From Candidatus Omnitrophota bacterium (lineage in GTDB: Bacteria; Omnitrophota; Gorgyraeia; Zapsychrales; Fredricksoniimonadaceae): 64,000 nt of DNA. The notes beneath the pieces were generated by a model. That model was not told the DNA's origin. It did no database searches and worked only from the letters and a program-made list of their open reading frames with translations. The stretch covers positions 794 through 64,793 of the forward strand of contig JAKFXC010000060.1 in the NCBI GenBank assembly GCA_021731625.1, in the 5' to 3' direction. The position numbers and the translations under genes are program-made. Positions 1 through 8,529 of the stretch are shown here, one piece after another. Every line of letters starts with the position of its first letter. Position 1 is the stretch's first letter.

Positions 1-1746
1 CGGGCCGCGGCATTCGCCGATGATGATCCGGTCGGGGCGCATGCGCAGGGTGTTGACAAACAAATCGCGGATGGTGATCTTGCCCCGGCCTTCGATGTTG
101 GCCGGCCTGGCCTCGAGGCGGGCCCAGTGGACCTTGTTCAAACGCAATTCCGCCGCGTCTTCGATGGTGATGATGCGCTCATTGTCAGGGATGAAATGGG
201 ACACGATGTTAAGCAACGTGGTCTTGCCGGCGCCGGTCCCTCCGGAAACAATCACGTTTTTGCGGCTGAGGACGCAGGCGTTGATAAAATCCGCCATCGC
301 CTGGGACAGTGAATGGAACCGCAGCAACAAATCGTCGATGGTGTATTTTTCCTGCGAAAATTTACGGATGGTGATCATGGGCCCATTGAGTGACAGCGGG
401 GGGATGATGGCATTGATGCGGCTTCCGTCGGGCAAACGGGCGTCCACCATCGGCGACGATTCATCGACCCGGCGGCCCAGCGGGGCCAGGATGCGGTCGA
501 TGCAAGCCCGCACCTGTTCATTGGAAATAAAATGTTTGTTGGTCAAGACGATCTTGCCGCGTTTCTCAACGAAGATCTCGTCCTTGTTGTTGACCATGAT
601 GTCATTGATCTCGGCGTCCGCCAGAAAATCTTCCAGCGGCCCCAGCCCTAAGGCCTCATTGACCACCTCGCGCACCAGGCGCGAACGCTCCTCATGCGAG
701 GAAATAAACCCGCCCGACGCCTCGGCCATGAGGTCGGAGACCACTTTTTCAGCCGCCTTGCGGATGTTGCCGCTCTGGGCCGGGTCGGTCAAGGCCTCCG
801 GCGAGAGTTTCTGCAAATTCATGCGCTCGACCAGGCGCTGGTGAATCGCCCGCTTGAGTTTGATCACCTCGTCTTCTTCTTTGGTGTACATCCCCTTGAC
901 CGGGCCGCCGGCGTTAGGCAAGATGCCGAATTTTTCCCAAAACTCATTGGTCTTTTTCATGCCCGCGTCAGACGTGCGCACATTCAACACCTCGGCGGAC
1001 TGCACATAAATGTCATCCAATTGCAACTTGTCGGCGATCTCAAAAAACGTCTCCGAGACCTTGGCCTTGGGGCTGTCGATGACGCAGGGCACCCCCCGAT
1101 TTAAGGCGACGCCGACGGTCTTTCCGTCGGAGGGAATGAGCACCAAAATGTCGCAGGTCAATGCCGACTTGACTTCCTGCCAAGCCACCCCCCCGCGGCT
1201 CTCGGCCCGGTTTAAAATGAGCTTGATCATCTTGAGGGGATAGTGCAGGTTTTGAATGATCTCGAGGGTGTTTTTGGCCTGGTATACGGCCAGGATATCG
1301 GGAGTGGCAATGAGCAGGATCAGGTTGGACGAATCAAAAACGCTGATCAGCGTCTCCGTAAACACACTGCCGGCGTCGACAATGATAAAATCATAACTGG
1401 GCTGGGCCCGCTTGAAAAACAGCCGGATGTTATCGACGGTGATATGCCCGCTCTGACGGCTGTGATTGATGCCCGGCAGAAAATCCAGGCCGCTGACATG
1501 CGAGGTGACAAAACGCCTTAAGGCGTCCGGTTTGTCGTCCTTTTCAAGGTCCGCCAAAAGATCTACGAGGGAAAAAGCAGTGGAAAGATTGAGCATCCGC
1601 GCCATGTCGCGTCCGGCCTGCAGATCCAGGTCGAGCAGCAACACGCGCTTGCCTTTGATGGCCAAGGCGGTGGCGATATTGACGCTGCTAAAAGTCTTTC
1701 CTACCCCGCCTTTATTGGAGAAAACCGTGATGACTTTACAGGACAT
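1..1746 (-). CDS. Partial (C-terminus beyond window start) fusion protein: N-terminal ParA/MinD-like ATPase domain (TadZ/CpaE-like) fused to VirB11/CpaF/TadA secretion ATPase
   Basis: Minus-strand ORF from ATG at 1746-1744 (GGAG RBS 9 nt upstream) with no stop down to position 1, so it is absent from the ORF track. Translation starts MSCKVITVFSNKGGVGKTFSSVNIATALAIKGKRVLLLDLDLQ (deviant Walker A KGGxGKT of the ParA/MinD family). After about 330 aa it continues into the CpaF-type core DIMVNNKDEIFVEKRGK...VIVSGGTGAGKTTLLN...IITIEDAAEL...IIIGECRGP. Confidence 0.75.
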   Translation of the reverse strand, partial: MSCKVITVFSNKGGVGKTFSSVNIATALAIKGKRVLLLDLDLQAGRDMARMLNLSTAFSLVDLLADLEKDDKPDALRRFVTSHVSGLDFLPGINHSRQSGHITVDNIRLFFKRAQPSYDFIIVDAGSVFTETLISVFDSSNLILLIATPDILAVYQAKNTLEIIQNLHYPLKMIKLILNRAESRGGVAWQEVKSALTCDILVLIPSDGKTVGVALNRGVPCVIDSPKAKVSETFFEIADKLQLDDIYVQSAEVLNVRTSDAGMKKTNEFWEKFGILPNAGGPVKGMYTKEEDEVIKLKRAIHQRLVERMNLQKLSPEALTDPAQSGNIRKAAEKVVSDLMAEASGGFISSHEERSRLVREVVNEALGLGPLEDFLADAEINDIMVNNKDEIFVEKRGKIVLTNKHFISNEQVRACIDRILAPLGRRVDESSPMVDARLPDGSRINAIIPPLSLNGPMITIRKFSQEKYTIDDLLLRFHSLSQAMADFINACVLSRKNVIVSGGTGAGKTTLLNIVSHFIPDNERIITIEDAAELRLNKVHWARLEARPANIEGRGKITIRDLFVNTLRMRPDRIIIGECRGP

Positions 1747-1844
1747 AGAGAAACTCCATGATAATGAAGTTGCATTGTATCACAGAGCTTTTAAGGAAAG
1801 TATATTTTTTTACCTTAACCCGGCGCACTTGAAAGTGAGGGGCA

Positions 1845-3797
1845 TTAATACGCGGTGACGACCGCCTGGGTCTTGGCTTTAGCGTCGGCCTTGCTGTAGA
1901 CAATAGGGATGGTGATGTTCAAATAATCCCCTTTCATGTCCTTAGGAAAGGCGGCATATGGAGCCACGATTTTAGCGGTGTTTAGAGCATCTTTGTCAAA
2001 AATATTGTGCCCTGAAGACTGCACCACTGCTGCTTCCGCCAAAGATCCATCTTTTAAAATGTGGAGCTTGAGCTTGACAGTGCCGTGCAAATTCTTTTTG
2101 AGGGCCTCATAGGGATAGGTGATGGCCTTGGAAATCTTCACCTGAATAGAGCGCACATACGGAGAGATCTTGCCCTCAACCATGGTCGCTTGCGTCGCTA
2201 TTTCCCGAGATGCCGCCTTGTTCCATTTCTCCGATTTTGACCCTCGGTCCTTGGAAGAGCCTTTAGCGTCATCCTTGGCATCTTTCTTAGCATCTTTCTT
2301 AGCATCTTTCCAAGAATCTTTGCCAGATGCTTTGCCGGACGATTTCTTCCCATTCTTGACGCCTTCCTTAGCGGCATCCTTGCCGCTCTTATCGCTCTTA
2401 TCCTTATCCTTAAGGGAAGACGTGTACTTCTTCTGCAGCGGCTTAGGTGGAGGAGGCGGAGGATTTTTGGGTCTGTCCGTCGGCAATGGCTCATATTCCA
2501 TGCCGTATTTGTCTTCCAATTCTCTCATGTTCCTAGTTAAATCGTCACCTGGCATCTTGGCCTGATCTCTGGCATATTGTTTGGTCCGAACGATGGTCGG
2601 GGTCATGCTAATGACCACTTCTTTGGCCTCATCCGGAACAATCTTGCTGGTGTTTCTAAAAAACATGCCCACAATCGGTATTTTTCCCAAGAACGGCACC
2701 CGACGGGTTTGCTCGGCCTCGGCATAGCGGATCAAGCCCGCCATGATGACCGTCTGCTGGTCTTCCATCACCAGTTCCGTTTGCGCCGTGCGGGTCTTAT
2801 ACGCAATGTCGCTGGTGCGGGCGGCGGTGACCGGAAAGGTGGTGTCCACGTCGCTAATCTGCACATTCATCAGCACATTGATCTTTTCATCTTTGATCGT
2901 CGGGGTTACCGTCAAGGTGACGCCGTATTGTTTAAATGTCACATTGGTCTGCGCCGTCAAGCTGCTGGCATTAAAAGTGGTGGATTCGACCGGCACCTCG
3001 CCGCCGACATTCACGGTCGCTTGCTTGCCGCAGGCAACCACCAACCGGGGACGTGACAACGTGCGGGCCTTGCCGTCTTTGATGAGCAAGTTGACCGCCG
3101 TAATAATGGCATTCCTGCGGTTAAATTGCCCCAACTTAAACCAATCTCTGGCCCCGTCTAAATTCGAAGTCAGCGATTCCGTATAGATGAGCTTTAAAGG
3201 AAGACTGTTTTCTCCGCCGTTCCATTCAATGCCTAAATTTTTGTCCAGGGTGGTGCCGAGTTCCGTCACCTGCATGTCGATCTGGATCATGTCTTCGCAA
3301 TCTTTTTCGCGGGTGACATTGACGATCTGCTCGGAAAAGGGGTCCAGCAGCCGTTCCAGCCGGGGTCTTTGCTCTTTGTACACTTCTCCGGAAACGATGA
3401 CTTTGCCTTCCGCCGGGCTGGCGTCCAAATTCAAACCGTTAAGGTCGGCCTCCTCCAATAAACGCTGCAGCCGTTTCTTTAAACCATTTAAATCAACGCT
3501 GGAAACATTCAATGCCACTGTGTGCTTACCTTCGGAATCCCAATAAAACAACACGGTTTGCCCGGCCCGTTTGGCGACCACTGTGACTTTGTCGGCCGTG
3601 GCATCGGAAATATCCGCGATATCAGGGTTGGTGACGGACACCCGCGAAAGGGTCTTGGCTGGAAACGTCTGCACGTCCCCTAAAATCATGTTGGCCTCAG
3701 AGGTCGAGGTCTTTACCTCCTGGGCAATGCCGATACCGACGGGATTGATCGATCCGGTCACAAATACCAGCGTTATTAGGATTCTGAATATATTCAT
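1845..3797 (-). CDS. cpaC: Tad/Flp pilus secretin (CpaC/RcpA family) with Pro/Lys-rich linker and C-terminal TonB_C-like domain
   Basis: Signal peptide MNIFRILITLVFVTGS. Secretin core (GGEVPV...VMEDQQTVIMAGLIRYAEAEQTRRVPFLGKIPIVGMFF...VISMTPTIV). Then PPPPPPKP plus a KDAKKDAKKDAKDD low-complexity linker and a C-terminal domain ITYPYEALKKNLHGTVKLKLHILKDGSLAEAAVVQSSGHNIFDKDALNTAKIVAPYAAFP typical of TonB C-terminal domains. Confidence 0.8.
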   Translation of the reverse strand: MNIFRILITLVFVTGSINPVGIGIAQEVKTSTSEANMILGDVQTFPAKTLSRVSVTNPDIADISDATADKVTVVAKRAGQTVLFYWDSEGKHTVALNVSSVDLNGLKKRLQRLLEEADLNGLNLDASPAEGKVIVSGEVYKEQRPRLERLLDPFSEQIVNVTREKDCEDMIQIDMQVTELGTTLDKNLGIEWNGGENSLPLKLIYTESLTSNLDGARDWFKLGQFNRRNAIITAVNLLIKDGKARTLSRPRLVVACGKQATVNVGGEVPVESTTFNASSLTAQTNVTFKQYGVTLTVTPTIKDEKINVLMNVQISDVDTTFPVTAARTSDIAYKTRTAQTELVMEDQQTVIMAGLIRYAEAEQTRRVPFLGKIPIVGMFFRNTSKIVPDEAKEVVISMTPTIVRTKQYARDQAKMPGDDLTRNMRELEDKYGMEYEPLPTDRPKNPPPPPPKPLQKKYTSSLKDKDKSDKSGKDAAKEGVKNGKKSSGKASGKDSWKDAKKDAKKDAKDDAKGSSKDRGSKSEKWNKAASREIATQATMVEGKISPYVRSIQVKISKAITYPYEALKKNLHGTVKLKLHILKDGSLAEAAVVQSSGHNIFDKDALNTAKIVAPYAAFPKDMKGDYLNITIPIVYSKADAKAKTQAVVTAY

Positions 3798-3800
3798 GGC

Positions 3801-4634
3801 TTAAAGCTCCTTGCCGCCCCGGAAGATCTGGATGTCCGGCCGTTCCGGTTCTTCAGTGGTTGATTGTTGAATGCCTTTCAGTGAATCCGGCAGGTCAATG
3901 TCTGCCCCTTGATTTTGCAAAACATAGTCGGCCAGTGTTTTCCAGGTGGAGGCTTTGACCATTTGGCGTTCGCTTTCCTGAGGGGAACGCAGGGCCAGCT
4001 CCATTTTGCCGTTTTTGTCGGCAAAAGACAACAAACCGGCTTCTTCCGGGTCGACCGCGACCGTGATCCTTAAATCAGGCGCTTTTTGCTGCTCGTCGTA
4101 ATAAATCCCGGTCTCTTCTAAATTGGTATTGACGGCCAAAACTTCGAGGCCTTGAAAAATCATGGCGGTGACGGTATTTTTCTTATCGCCAATGCCCGGC
4201 ACACTTAAACGGGCAATCACGTCGACGGAATCGCCGGGGTTAAGCAGCCCGCCCACCGCGCCCAAAGATTCGACTTTGATGGTCACGGCCCTTTTTCCCG
4301 CCGGAGTCTTTACAGCTAGAGATGGTTTGGGTTTTTTAATGGTTTGGGGATTTTTCTGTATGCTGAGCTTGAGGTCGGCCATTTGTTTCTGCATGGCTTG
4401 GTCTTGTTCGGCCCGCTGCCTGGCAATTTCCGCCTGCAGCGCGGCTTTGTCTGCCGCGGCCTTTTGCTCCATGGCCTGGACAATTTGTTTGGTCTTAGCG
4501 TCGCTTTCTTCCTGGATCTGGGCCTCTTTCTGCGTAATGGTATCAGTCACATATTTCCCGATAAACGCCGCTGCGGCCAGCCCAGCCACCACGGCGATCA
4601 CGAGCAACCCTAACTGTTTTTTGTCCATAAACAA
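3801..4634 (-). CDS. cpaB: Flp pilus assembly protein CpaB/RcpC (SAF domain)
   Basis: N-terminal TM helix, coiled-coil region, C-terminal block KTPAGKRAVTIKVESLGAVGGLLNPGDSVDVIA characteristic of CpaB. Lies immediately upstream of the secretin on the same strand. Confidence 0.75.
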   Translation of the reverse strand: MFMDKKQLGLLVIAVVAGLAAAAFIGKYVTDTITQKEAQIQEESDAKTKQIVQAMEQKAAADKAALQAEIARQRAEQDQAMQKQMADLKLSIQKNPQTIKKPKPSLAVKTPAGKRAVTIKVESLGAVGGLLNPGDSVDVIARLSVPGIGDKKNTVTAMIFQGLEVLAVNTNLEETGIYYDEQQKAPDLRITVAVDPEEAGLLSFADKNGKMELALRSPQESERQMVKASTWKTLADYVLQNQGADIDLPDSLKGIQQSTTEEPERPDIQIFRGGKEL

Positions 4635-4653
4635 ATCCTCCTGCTTCCGGGAA

Positions 4654-5607
4654 TTACTTGACGGCGCCGTCTCCCAGAAGGTTCTTGTTGATTTGCACTT
4701 TTGTTTTTGACGAAAGCTGCTCGATGTGGGCCAAAATGGCTTCCTGCTGTTTGCGTAAGGTCAGGCCCGCGATCAAATCGTCTTTGATGTCTTTGAATGC
4801 CTTGGCCGCGCCGCCTCTTTTGTCGTCGACGTGCACGATGTAATATCCTTGCGGGCCCTTAAACACCGGGCTGGTGCCTCCGGCGTCCAAAGAAGAGATA
4901 GCCGATTGCATGGCGGCGAAAGGGGCCTTGCCGTTATCGAAAGGTTTCAGGGCCCCGCCGGCTGCCGCGGATTTTCCCTTGGATTGGGCCTTGGCAATGT
5001 CGGCGAAACTCCCGCCCTGCAGGACCTGCACTAAAATGTTTTTGGCCGCAGTTTCGTCTTCCACCACAATTTCGCTGACTTTCCATTGAATGGGGTCAAC
5101 AAACATCTGTTTGTTTTTGTCAAAATAGACTTGGGCCTCTTTTTCCGTGGCCGCCACGTTTTTGGTCAAGCGGTTCGCCAATTCCTGCACCAAGAGGGTG
5201 CGGCGAAAATCCTCCACGGCCTCGGCGATTTCCTTTTGGGCGCCGATGCCTGCCTCTTCCGCATCCTTGACCAATAGCTGTTGGCGCACCAATTCATTTA
5301 AGACCGCTTCCTTGTTGCTGGCTTTGCTTTCGTCAAAATTGGGCAGGCCTTCTTTAAGCAGTTTCAGGCGTTGATTAAATTGGTCGGTGGTCAAGGTCCA
5401 ACTGCCTACCTGGGCCAAAACATCGCCGGCGGGAGCCGACGCCTTGGCAGAGGACGGCCGGGTCGCGGGCTCCGCGGTTCCTGTGGACGTCTTTTTGGAA
5501 TCTTTGTTTGAGTTTAGAAAAGAATTGATAAAATCGCAGCCGGAGATTGCTGAAACAACCATCACCACCGCCAATACAGCGACCCACTTTTTTTCAAAAT
5601 ATTGCAT
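4654..5607 (-). CDS. Parvulin/PpiC-type peptidyl-prolyl isomerase lipoprotein (SurA/PrsA-like)
   Basis: Lipobox AISGC. SurA-N-like helical region followed by a PPIase block (FADIAKAQSKG...GGALKPFDNGKAPFAAMQSAI...GYYIVHV). Confidence 0.65.
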   Translation of the reverse strand: MQYFEKKWVAVLAVVMVVSAISGCDFINSFLNSNKDSKKTSTGTAEPATRPSSAKASAPAGDVLAQVGSWTLTTDQFNQRLKLLKEGLPNFDESKASNKEAVLNELVRQQLLVKDAEEAGIGAQKEIAEAVEDFRRTLLVQELANRLTKNVAATEKEAQVYFDKNKQMFVDPIQWKVSEIVVEDETAAKNILVQVLQGGSFADIAKAQSKGKSAAAGGALKPFDNGKAPFAAMQSAISSLDAGGTSPVFKGPQGYYIVHVDDKRGGAAKAFKDIKDDLIAGLTLRKQQEAILAHIEQLSSKTKVQINKNLLGDGAVK

Positions 5608-5685
5608 GTCTCCCCCTTAGAAAAAGAATATAGCTAAGTATACCCGGTAAAAATCCAAAATGCAACCCCATTAGATTAAGTTATT

Positions 5686-6669
5686 TTAATGCACCAACTC
5701 TTCCACGGATTGTTTTTCCGACAATAATTCCTGTAAAGTGGTTTGAATTTTGGCTTTCGCAAAATCATTATGGGTTAAATCTTTGACGATTTCCCAAGAC
5801 TGGCCGTTGGAGCGCAAGGGAAAGCCGAACATCAGGCCCTGCGGCACCCCGTAACTGCCATCTGAAGATACGGCCGCGGAGAAGAATTCTCCGGACGGGG
5901 TGGGGGTGATAATGGCCCGCACGGTGCAGATGACCGCATTGGCTGCGGAGGCCGCGGACGACAGCCCGCGGGCTTTAATGATGGCCGCGCCCCGTTTTTG
6001 CACGGTCTCGATAAAGGCGCCCTGTAACCAGGCCAGGTCGGTAATGACCGTCGCGGCTGGCTTGCCGCTGATCGTGGCATTATAAAAATCAGGGTACTGG
6101 GTGGCGGAATGATTGCCCCAAATCCCTACTCTTTTAACGTCCAACACCGGCGCCTGGGCCTTAATGGCCAGTTGGGCGGCGGCCCGGTTCTGGTCCAACA
6201 TGGTCATGGCAAAGAAATTTGCCGCGGGAATACCGCTGCACACACTCTTAGCAATCCAAGCGTTTGTATTGCAAGGGTTTCCGACAACAAGCACCTTGCA
6301 GGTGGGTTTGGCATGGCTAGATAGGGCCTTGCCCTGTTCGATGAATACGCCGCCATTAATTTTAAGTAAATCGCCCCTCTCCATCCCTTCTTTGCGGGGA
6401 ACGCTGCCGACCAGCAAGGCCCAGTCAATGTCTTTGAACGCGACCTTGACGTCGCTGGAGATGGTAATAGATTTAAGTAAGGGGAAGGCGCAGTCTTCCA
6501 GCTCCATGACCACCCCACCAAGCGCCGGCAGGGCTTTTTCCAGTTCCAACAAATTAAGATCGATGGCTGTGTCTTTGCCGAATACCTCTCCTGCGGCAAT
6601 GCGAAACAACAAAGCATACCCGATTTGACCGGCCGCGCCGGTGACCGCCACTCTGACTCTATTTCCCAT
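5686..6669 (-). CDS. mdh: Malate dehydrogenase (NAD-dependent, LDH/MDH superfamily)
   Basis: [13 protein letters not shown] Rossmann motif and [15 protein letters not shown]. The ORF track start (6729) is probably too far upstream. Internal ATG at 6669 has a GGGGG RBS and gives [15 protein letters not shown]. Confidence 0.85.
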   Translation of the reverse strand: MGNRVRVAVTGAAGQIGYALLFRIAAGEVFGKDTAIDLNLLELEKALPALGGVVMELEDCAFPLLKSITISSDVKVAFKDIDWALLVGSVPRKEGMERGDLLKINGGVFIEQGKALSSHAKPTCKVLVVGNPCNTNAWIAKSVCSGIPAANFFAMTMLDQNRAAAQLAIKAQAPVLDVKRVGIWGNHSATQYPDFYNATISGKPAATVITDLAWLQGAFIETVQKRGAAIIKARGLSSAASAANAVICTVRAIITPTPSGEFFSAAVSSDGSYGVPQGLMFGFPLRSNGQSWEIVKDLTHNDFAKAKIQTTLQELLSEKQSVEELVH

Positions 6670-7447
6670 GCAGAACCCCCGGTAGTTTTTTCCTGGCGGC
6701 GTACACTTCACCCATATCAAGGTCGCCAAAAATGACTTCTTCTTTATTGTCGCTGCCGCGGGCCAGGATTTCGCCCCAGGGCGATACGATCATGCTGTTG
6801 CCGAATGCTTCGATGCCTCGGGCCCCGACGCCCACCTGGTTGGGGGCCAACACATACGACAGATTTTCAATGGCGCGGGCCCGCACGAGCGGCTCCCAAT
6901 GGGCCTCGCCGGTGTGGCGGGTAAAACACGCCGGCACGGTGAGCACATTGGCGCCTTGGCGACCGTAGCGCCGGTACAAATCGGGAAACCGCAAATCATA
7001 ACAAACGCTCAGTCCGATCTTAAATTTCCCGACGCTGCCCATGGCCTGCCGTCGTCCGGCGGCGAAACTATCCGATTCACGGATTATCTTATCATCGATG
7101 CAGGCGTCGAATAAGTGAATTTTGCGATATTTTGCCTCGACGTTGCCGAGGGGATTGATAAGGACCGAGGTGTTGTAGAGGCGCTGGCCCTGGCGCTCAT
7201 AAATGGAGCCGGCCAGAATGCTGACCGCGGTGCGGCGGGCGAGGCCTTGAAGGGTGCGGATGCTTTCGCCGTTGACGCTCTCCGCGCTGGCTTTAATGTG
7301 GCGAGGGTCAATCCGGCAGTGAAAAATTTCCGGCAGCAGCACAAATCTGGCGCCGCTGCCCACCGCATCGTTTATCATCTGCGATGCCCGTCGGAGATTC
7401 TCTTTCTTGTCCGGCGAAGCATTGAATTGGACCAGGGCTATGCGCAT
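6659..7447 (-). CDS. Carbon-nitrogen hydrolase family protein (nitrilase/omega-amidase-like)
   Basis: MRIALVQFN...FVLLPE...KIHLFD...[15 protein letters not shown] catalytic E-K-C pattern of CN hydrolases. Confidence 0.8.
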   Translation of the reverse strand: MRIALVQFNASPDKKENLRRASQMINDAVGSGARFVLLPEIFHCRIDPRHIKASAESVNGESIRTLQGLARRTAVSILAGSIYERQGQRLYNTSVLINPLGNVEAKYRKIHLFDACIDDKIIRESDSFAAGRRQAMGSVGKFKIGLSVCYDLRFPDLYRRYGRQGANVLTVPACFTRHTGEAHWEPLVRARAIENLSYVLAPNQVGVGARGIEAFGNSMIVSPWGEILARGSDNKEEVIFGDLDMGEVYAARKKLPGVLHGK

Positions 7448-7461
7448 AGAAAAAGCAGGAA

Positions 7462-7486
7462 AAATAGGGAAAAATAGGGGGCTGTC
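7462..7486 (-). terminator. Rho-independent terminator hairpin AAATAGGGGG-CTGT-CCCCTATTT downstream of the GST gene
   Basis: 9-bp stem plus T-run on the minus strand. One member of a recurring hairpin family (see findings). Confidence 0.5.
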
Positions 7487-7488
7487 CC

Positions 7489-8130
7489 CTATTTCTTGGC
7501 GACCAGCATCTCGCCGTATTCTTTGTACGACTTGGTATAGAACGGCTGTCTTTTTAAACGGGCTCGCCAGGCGCTTAAGTTTGGATATGCGGCTAAGCTG
7601 ACATTCGCCAGTTCCGCCGGTTCCAGGGTGGCGAACAACACCAAGTCCGCCAGAGTCATTTCGTCGCTGACCACATATTTATGGGCGCCCAATTGTTTCT
7701 CTAGCAACGGAAAATACTGGTCTAAAAATTTTTGCGCGTCTTCGAGGGCCTTTTCATTGACCGGCCGGTTCATCCGAGGAGCAAAGATACGGCTGAAGGC
7801 CACCGTTGAGAAGTGCACCCCGATATGAAAACCAACAAAATCAATCCATTGCTCCACCACAATGCGTTTCTTCATGTCCGCCGGGTAAATCGGCGATCTG
7901 TGTTTCTCCGCCAGGTATTTGCAGATGGCATTGCTCTCGAACAAATGAAACCCGTCATCATCAATGGCCGGAATTTTTCCGACGGGATTGATCTTTAAAA
8001 ACCATTCCTGTTTCTGTTCCCCTTCACGCAAATTGAGGGGCTGCCACTTGTAATCGATGCCTATGTAATTGGCGGTCAGCCTGACCTTGATGGCGGGACC
8101 GGATAAATCCGAACCGTAAATGGTTAACAT
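7489..8130 (-). CDS. Glutathione S-transferase
   Basis: N-terminal thioredoxin-like GST domain (INPVGKIPAIDDDGFHLFESNAICKYLAEKH) and C-terminal helical GST domain. Confidence 0.8.
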   Translation of the reverse strand: MLTIYGSDLSGPAIKVRLTANYIGIDYKWQPLNLREGEQKQEWFLKINPVGKIPAIDDDGFHLFESNAICKYLAEKHRSPIYPADMKKRIVVEQWIDFVGFHIGVHFSTVAFSRIFAPRMNRPVNEKALEDAQKFLDQYFPLLEKQLGAHKYVVSDEMTLADLVLFATLEPAELANVSLAAYPNLSAWRARLKRQPFYTKSYKEYGEMLVAKK

Positions 8131-8392
8131 GTGCTGTCCTTTCTGTAAACTGTCTTGTCATCTGCGGCGACCCCAACGGGATTGCGCTCCAGCTTAAAAA
8201 ATCTATAGTCGCGCATTCAAAGCTTCCTTATCATAAAAACATTTGAAACTTTGAATGGAACCCATGCATTGTCAACGGCCTACCCAATGCATCTCAGCAG
8301 ACAACGTCGTTAGCTTAATGTTTTTGTCATCTGGGTTTCGGGTTCAATCGTGAGATCTTCAATTTCAAAATAGGGTAAACCCCTTTTGAAAT

Positions 8393-8469
8393 TGGCGACC
8401 CCAACGGGATTTGAACCCGTGCTGCAAGCTTGAAAAGCTTGTGTCCTGACCAGACTAGACGATGGGGTC
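8393..8469 (-). tRNA. tRNA-Glu (anticodon UUC), CCA encoded
   Basis: Minus-strand cloverleaf: acceptor GACCCCA/TGGGGTC, anticodon stem CAAGC/GCTTG with loop TTTTCAA, T-arm ACGGGTTCAAATCCCGT, 3' GCCA. Confidence 0.85.
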
Positions 8470-8529
8470 GAAAATATGCGGCAAGAATCGGCCTATTATA
8501 AGCGGAGCCTTCCTTTCGTCAAGCCCATT

